Shown here one piece after another: positions 58,782 to 64,000 of a DNA stretch of 64,000 nt; position 1 is the stretch's first letter; every line of letters starts with the position of its first letter. Under the pieces are notes generated by a model, which saw nothing but the letters and a program-made list of their open reading frames with translations, had not been told where the DNA came from and did no database searches. This DNA is from Eledone cirrhosa (taxonomy: Eukaryota). The translations under genes and the position numbers were made by a program. The DNA lies in assembly GCA_964016885.1 (NCBI GenBank), contig OZ024748.1:50406001-50470000 (forward strand), given 5' to 3'.

Positions 58782-59869
58782 AGGGGGGGGGGGAGAATAA
58801 TGTGAAGTGTCAGTAAAAGAGAGAAGGAATGCTAGGAGTGACGAAGATTATAATATGGGTGTTTGGTAAGCTATAATTGTCAGTAAAATACGAGGCGTTT
58901 CAAAACATCGTTTACTTGGTGTGATCTCTAGTTATGGCAAGACAAAATTTAAATGTGAAAAAAAAAAGAATGAAACAAATAAATAAATTTAGGAACATAA
59001 AAAAGAGCAATAAAAGAGACAAGAGAGAAGAGGAAGAAAGAGACATGGAGGTAAAGAGATAAAAACAAATAAAAGAGAGGACAGTGAGGGAAAAAATGTT
59101 TTATAGTGGAATGAATTTGAAGAGATTTTAATGGCTAGGGTTATTTCATCGGGGCTCTTTGGTCCAAGTATCAATTGTACTACAATAAGGTACTTAGCCG
59201 TGAAGGGTTTAAAGAGGATAGGAGAAAGGAAGGAAAGTAAGAAAGAAAGAAAGTTGGTGAGAAGGATAATATAAAAAGTCAGCAACAGCTCGAGGAAAAA
59301 ATAATCATAGTCGTGTGAGTTAACGAATACATAAAAGGATGCTCTTTTACTCTTTTACCTGCTCCAGCCATTCGGCTGAGACCATGCTGGGGCACCGCCC
59401 TTGTATAAATAAATATATAAATAGTATGAACAAATATATAAACAATTAAGCAATTTCATGATGTTTATGATAATTCTGTTGCTGGTTTTTCTTTGATGTT
59501 CGTCGATTTGTATCGGTTGATTTTATCGAGAAAGGTGTATTGAAAATTCGTTAGAGCGACCGACTATTTGCCTTGTAGTATTTAGTTACGTATCTCTACA
59601 GTCTGATTTCAAATTTCACCGAGAGTGAGTATGACTTTCGTTCCTCCAGGCTCCACACTCGACAGAATTGAATGTATGGATAGACCCGTATCTCCCCATG
59701 GGTGCAGATCGAAGTATACATCGTATCTCCGACAGTTCAAGCCCAGCGGAGCTTGCCCTCAATATAAATTGCTGAAGTTATAGTGAACACCTGTGAGTAT
59801 TTGTAAAGGAAAATGAGAGCAATATAAACGGTCTTAATACTGTTTGTAGATGTTTATATTTAATTTTGC

Positions 59870-60022
59870 GAAGGTGCGTGACTTAGTGGTTGGATCGTCG
59901 GGTCGGGTAATGTATTGCATTCTTGAGCAAGACACTTTATTTTTTTGCTCCAATTCATTCAGCTGTAGAAATGAGTTAAGACGTCATTGGGTACCAAGCT
60001 GTATCAGCTTTTGTCTTGCCTT
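59870..60022 (+). mobile_element. Partial SINE family 2
   Basis: cttgagcaagacactttat...gtagaaatgagtt...ccaagctgtatcagc. Confidence 0.8.
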
Positions 60023-60792
60023 TAAACCACAACGTTAAAACCCCACAATTTCCTCGACTCTAAAGGTATGAATTGCAAAAATCTGTCAATATTACTACAT
60101 TTTAATCTACCATTATATGGAAGAAAACAGAGACTTCGGCAAGTCTAGGGTGATGTACTAATAAAAATTAATTCAGCTTTAAACAAAATGATATTTACGT
60201 TCTCGGCAAACTTGTCCTGTAAAAAAACAATTTAAAGAAAGAAAAAGGGAAAATCAAAACACAGTCGAAGGCAATCGGTGACCGACATTGTATTCTTTCA
60301 CGAAAGACCCAGCACAACGACATAGTGCTTGTCAAAGAAGTCAACAAGGGTCTTTCGTGACCAACCTGGTGTCGCAGGAAAGAAGGAAGTTGAGGAATTA
60401 ATACTCCTTTTGGCAAATGAGAACTGCATCCTTACAATCCCCTTGGTATAAGTATATTTAATGTTCCAGAAACTATCAATACTCTGAAACTCTCGTTACC
60501 GATTTTCGGATGATGAAAAAGAATGGAACATAGTATTTAGTACATAAACATTAATACATTAAAATGCTTAAGACTATAGCGTACACTGATTGGTTAATAT
60601 TGAGTAACATAAAAGAATATTGATTAACGTTGTAAAAGTTGTTTGAATATTAGGTGTCATATAGATACGAAATTATACAGGGTCGTACAGGGTCGAATGA
60701 ATTGCGTTACACTACTTCCAGTATTGAGTACTCTCCTTTCTTCCACGTCCAACCCCACCCATATATGCATACATATATATATACATATACAT

Positions 60793-60865
<73 letters not shown>

Positions 60866-61029
60866 CAAACATGTACACAATCACAAGTACACAAACGCAT
60901 GAATATTTATATATATATGTATGCATATATATGTATTTTATATATACATACATATATATAAATATATTCATATTTATATATACATGTACATGTATATATA
61001 TATATATACACATACATATATACACGAAT

Positions 61030-61101
<72 letters not shown>

Positions 61102-61618
61102 AATACATATAAATGAGGAATTATAAACTTGGCATAAATAACTAAAACTATAGATTGATATTCTCAGTTGTACTTGTTTATAGCATCACAACATCGCTTA
61201 TACAAATATAAACAATAAAAAAATTACACTACCAAGAATTATCTCCCTTCCAGTCCTTCCACTTAAAACATGACATAAAACATAACACAAGCAAAATACA
61301 AAAAATATATAAAAATTCCTAAAATAAAGAAACAAGCCAACAATGGAATATTCTAGAAGATACTCCAGAATTCTTTAATCTTGTTATTTTTGTCAGTAAA
61401 TATATATATTCGAGTCTAGATTCATTCATCACTGGAGCCATGCTGTTAAATTCAATTTCTTTCTTTGATTCCTATTCGCTCTTCTTATCGTTGTAAGATC
61501 ACTGTTGTTTCCGCAATACGTATATACTGTTGACTGGTTTTATACAGCTTCATAACATACATACACACACTAACAAACACAAGTGTATACATATACATAC
61601 ATGCATACATGCATATAC

Positions 61619-61686
<68 letters not shown>

Positions 61687-61726
61687 GAATATATTTATAT
61701 ATATAAATATAATATATATATATATA

Positions 61727-61766
<40 letters not shown>

Positions 61767-62372
61767 AATATATATATATATGTATACACAAATATATATA
61801 TATGCATATCTATATACATATATGTATATATATATACATATATATAAATACACACACACACACACACATATATATATAAAGCGCGTAAATGTGTGAGTTA
61901 TTTGTATTGAGTGAGGGAAATTAAGGTCTCTTTCTTATACAAAGGTCTCTTTCTTACAAGTTAACAAGTATTTACTAAGGAATATTTTCTTATATACTAT
62001 TGTTTTTGCAATATTATTTATTTCTATCCGTCTATCCTTCTAGCCCTTATTTCCTCTATATTCATCTATGTGGTTTGTTATACTTATATCTAGCTTTTTT
62101 ATACTTTAAGTGCCAAATTGCGCATGTCTGAAATCCCCTCCCCTCAATGAAGCAAAAAAAAAAAATTATATATATATCTCGCATTGATTCATGAAATATT
62201 TCATGTCCAGTATGTAAAATACTATTTAAAATTAATACATTTATCTGTCACACAAATGTTATAAAACATAAATGATGGGTATTTTTCTTCTCAGTGAAAA
62301 TATGTACATAAGAAACTTGTCTGGAATATGCAAAGTCTTTTGTTTTTTTCCATATGATGAATATATACATAC

Positions 62373-62541
<169 letters not shown>

Positions 62542-62575
62542 ATATATATATAATATATATATATAATATATAAGT

Positions 62576-63079
62576 ATGTATGTATACGTACATACATATA
62601 TGTATACAGACGTACAGTAGCATGCATATATATATATATATATATACATACAGGTACATATACATATATGCACGCATCAGTTTAGCGGACGCTTATTATA
62701 ACGCCGCTTTGTTCGTTTGTAAACAAACTGAACAGCCTGACTTTATGCCATACGGTGTTAAGGCAACCACGTCACCTTTTTGTTCAACACTGACACGGGA
62801 ACGATGTACTCGTTTCAAGCTTGTTAGCTATCATCAGCACCGTTTACCCATCTGCCAGATAGTTGAACGTTCGAAAGTATATACTTTCCTTATGAAAATT
62901 AACGGCTGAGCAGCCTAATTTGCATATTGAGTGAGTTAAATCGGTCAGGCATACCGAAAACGATAGGTTGAAATAAAATGAAAACGAAATTTCATTTCTC
63001 ACTCTTAGTATGGCACTTACTTAAATGTAAGTACGTATGTATACGTACATACATATATGTATACAGACGTACAGTAGCA

Positions 63080-63157
<78 letters not shown>

Positions 63158-63447
63158 CAGGTACACATACATATATGCACGCATCAGTTTAGCGGACGCT
63201 TATCATAAGGAAAGTATATACTTTCGAACGTTCAACTATCTGGCAGATGGGTATACGGTGCTGATGATAGCTAACAAGCTTGAAACTAGTACATCGTTCC
63301 TGTGTCAGTGTTGAACAAAAAGGTGACGTGGTTGCCTTAACACCGTATGGCATAAAGTCAGGCTGTTCAGTTTGTTTACAAACGAACAAAGCGGCGTTAT
63401 AATAAGCGTCCGCTAAACTGATGCGTGCATATATGTATATGTACCTG

Positions 63448-63525
<78 letters not shown>

Positions 63526-63645
63526 TGCTACTGTACGTCTGTATACATATATGTATGTACGTATACATACATACATACTTACATTTAAGTAAGTGCCATA
63601 CTAAGAGTGAGAAATGAAATTTCGTTTTCATTTTATTTCAACCTA
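62576..63645. mobile_element. Retrozyme/pLTR-like composite: ~1.2 tandem monomers (-) plus an inverted monomer (+)
   Basis: cagtttagcggacgcttat recurs at 62678 and 63185 (~507-bp period). 63204-63645 is the reverse complement of those segments. A related tail lies at ~34660-34770. Confidence 0.8.
62795..62843 (-). ncRNA. Type I hammerhead ribozyme motif (inverted copy on + at 63255-63303)
   Basis: acggtg-CTGATGA-t-agct-aaca-agct-t-GAA-ACGA-gtaca-TCGT-T-cccgt. Confidence 0.75.
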
Positions 63646-63923
63646 TATATAATATATATATATATATATTATATATATATATAATATATATATATATAAA
63701 TGTATGTATGTATATATTCATATATATATATATATACATATATATGGGGGGAGGGGGGCTTGTGTGTGCGTGTGTATGTATTTTTCTATGTATAAAAATG
63801 ACCGAAGATGGACACTGCAGAATCCGTCGTATATGTATATACACACACACATATATATACACATACACACATACGTACATACATACATACATACATACAT
63901 ACATACATACATACATACATACA

Positions 63924-63954
<31 letters not shown>

Positions 63955-63957
63955 GTA

Positions 63958-63995
<38 letters not shown>

Positions 63996-64000
63996 CACTC

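Overview
AT-rich, microsatellite-saturated eukaryotic DNA, most likely intronic or intergenic sequence of an octopod cephalopod (inferred from the SINE families and the (TA)n/(CA)n/(GA)n load). There is no intact protein-coding gene, and almost all listed ORFs are microsatellite artefacts. The recognisable content is a decayed Penelope-like retroelement (27.45-29.7 kb), Tx1/L1-like, CR1-like and RTE-like LINE fragments, a non-autonomous Helitron, more than 20 tRNA-SINE copies, a 1.4 kb minisatellite and one candidate GC-AG host exon. The main hidden signal is in the short 'unique' islands between (TA)n tracts. Many are 3' ends of several different element families carrying type I hammerhead-ribozyme (HHR) motifs (CUGAnGA...GAAA...NUH with three helices). 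They point towards a (TA)n tract and are often folded back into inverted repeats, sometimes with a short stuttered re-copy at the turn. This fits a diverse (TA)n-targeting Penelope-pLTR/retrozyme system. All folds were checked by eye only, and cleavage activity is untested.
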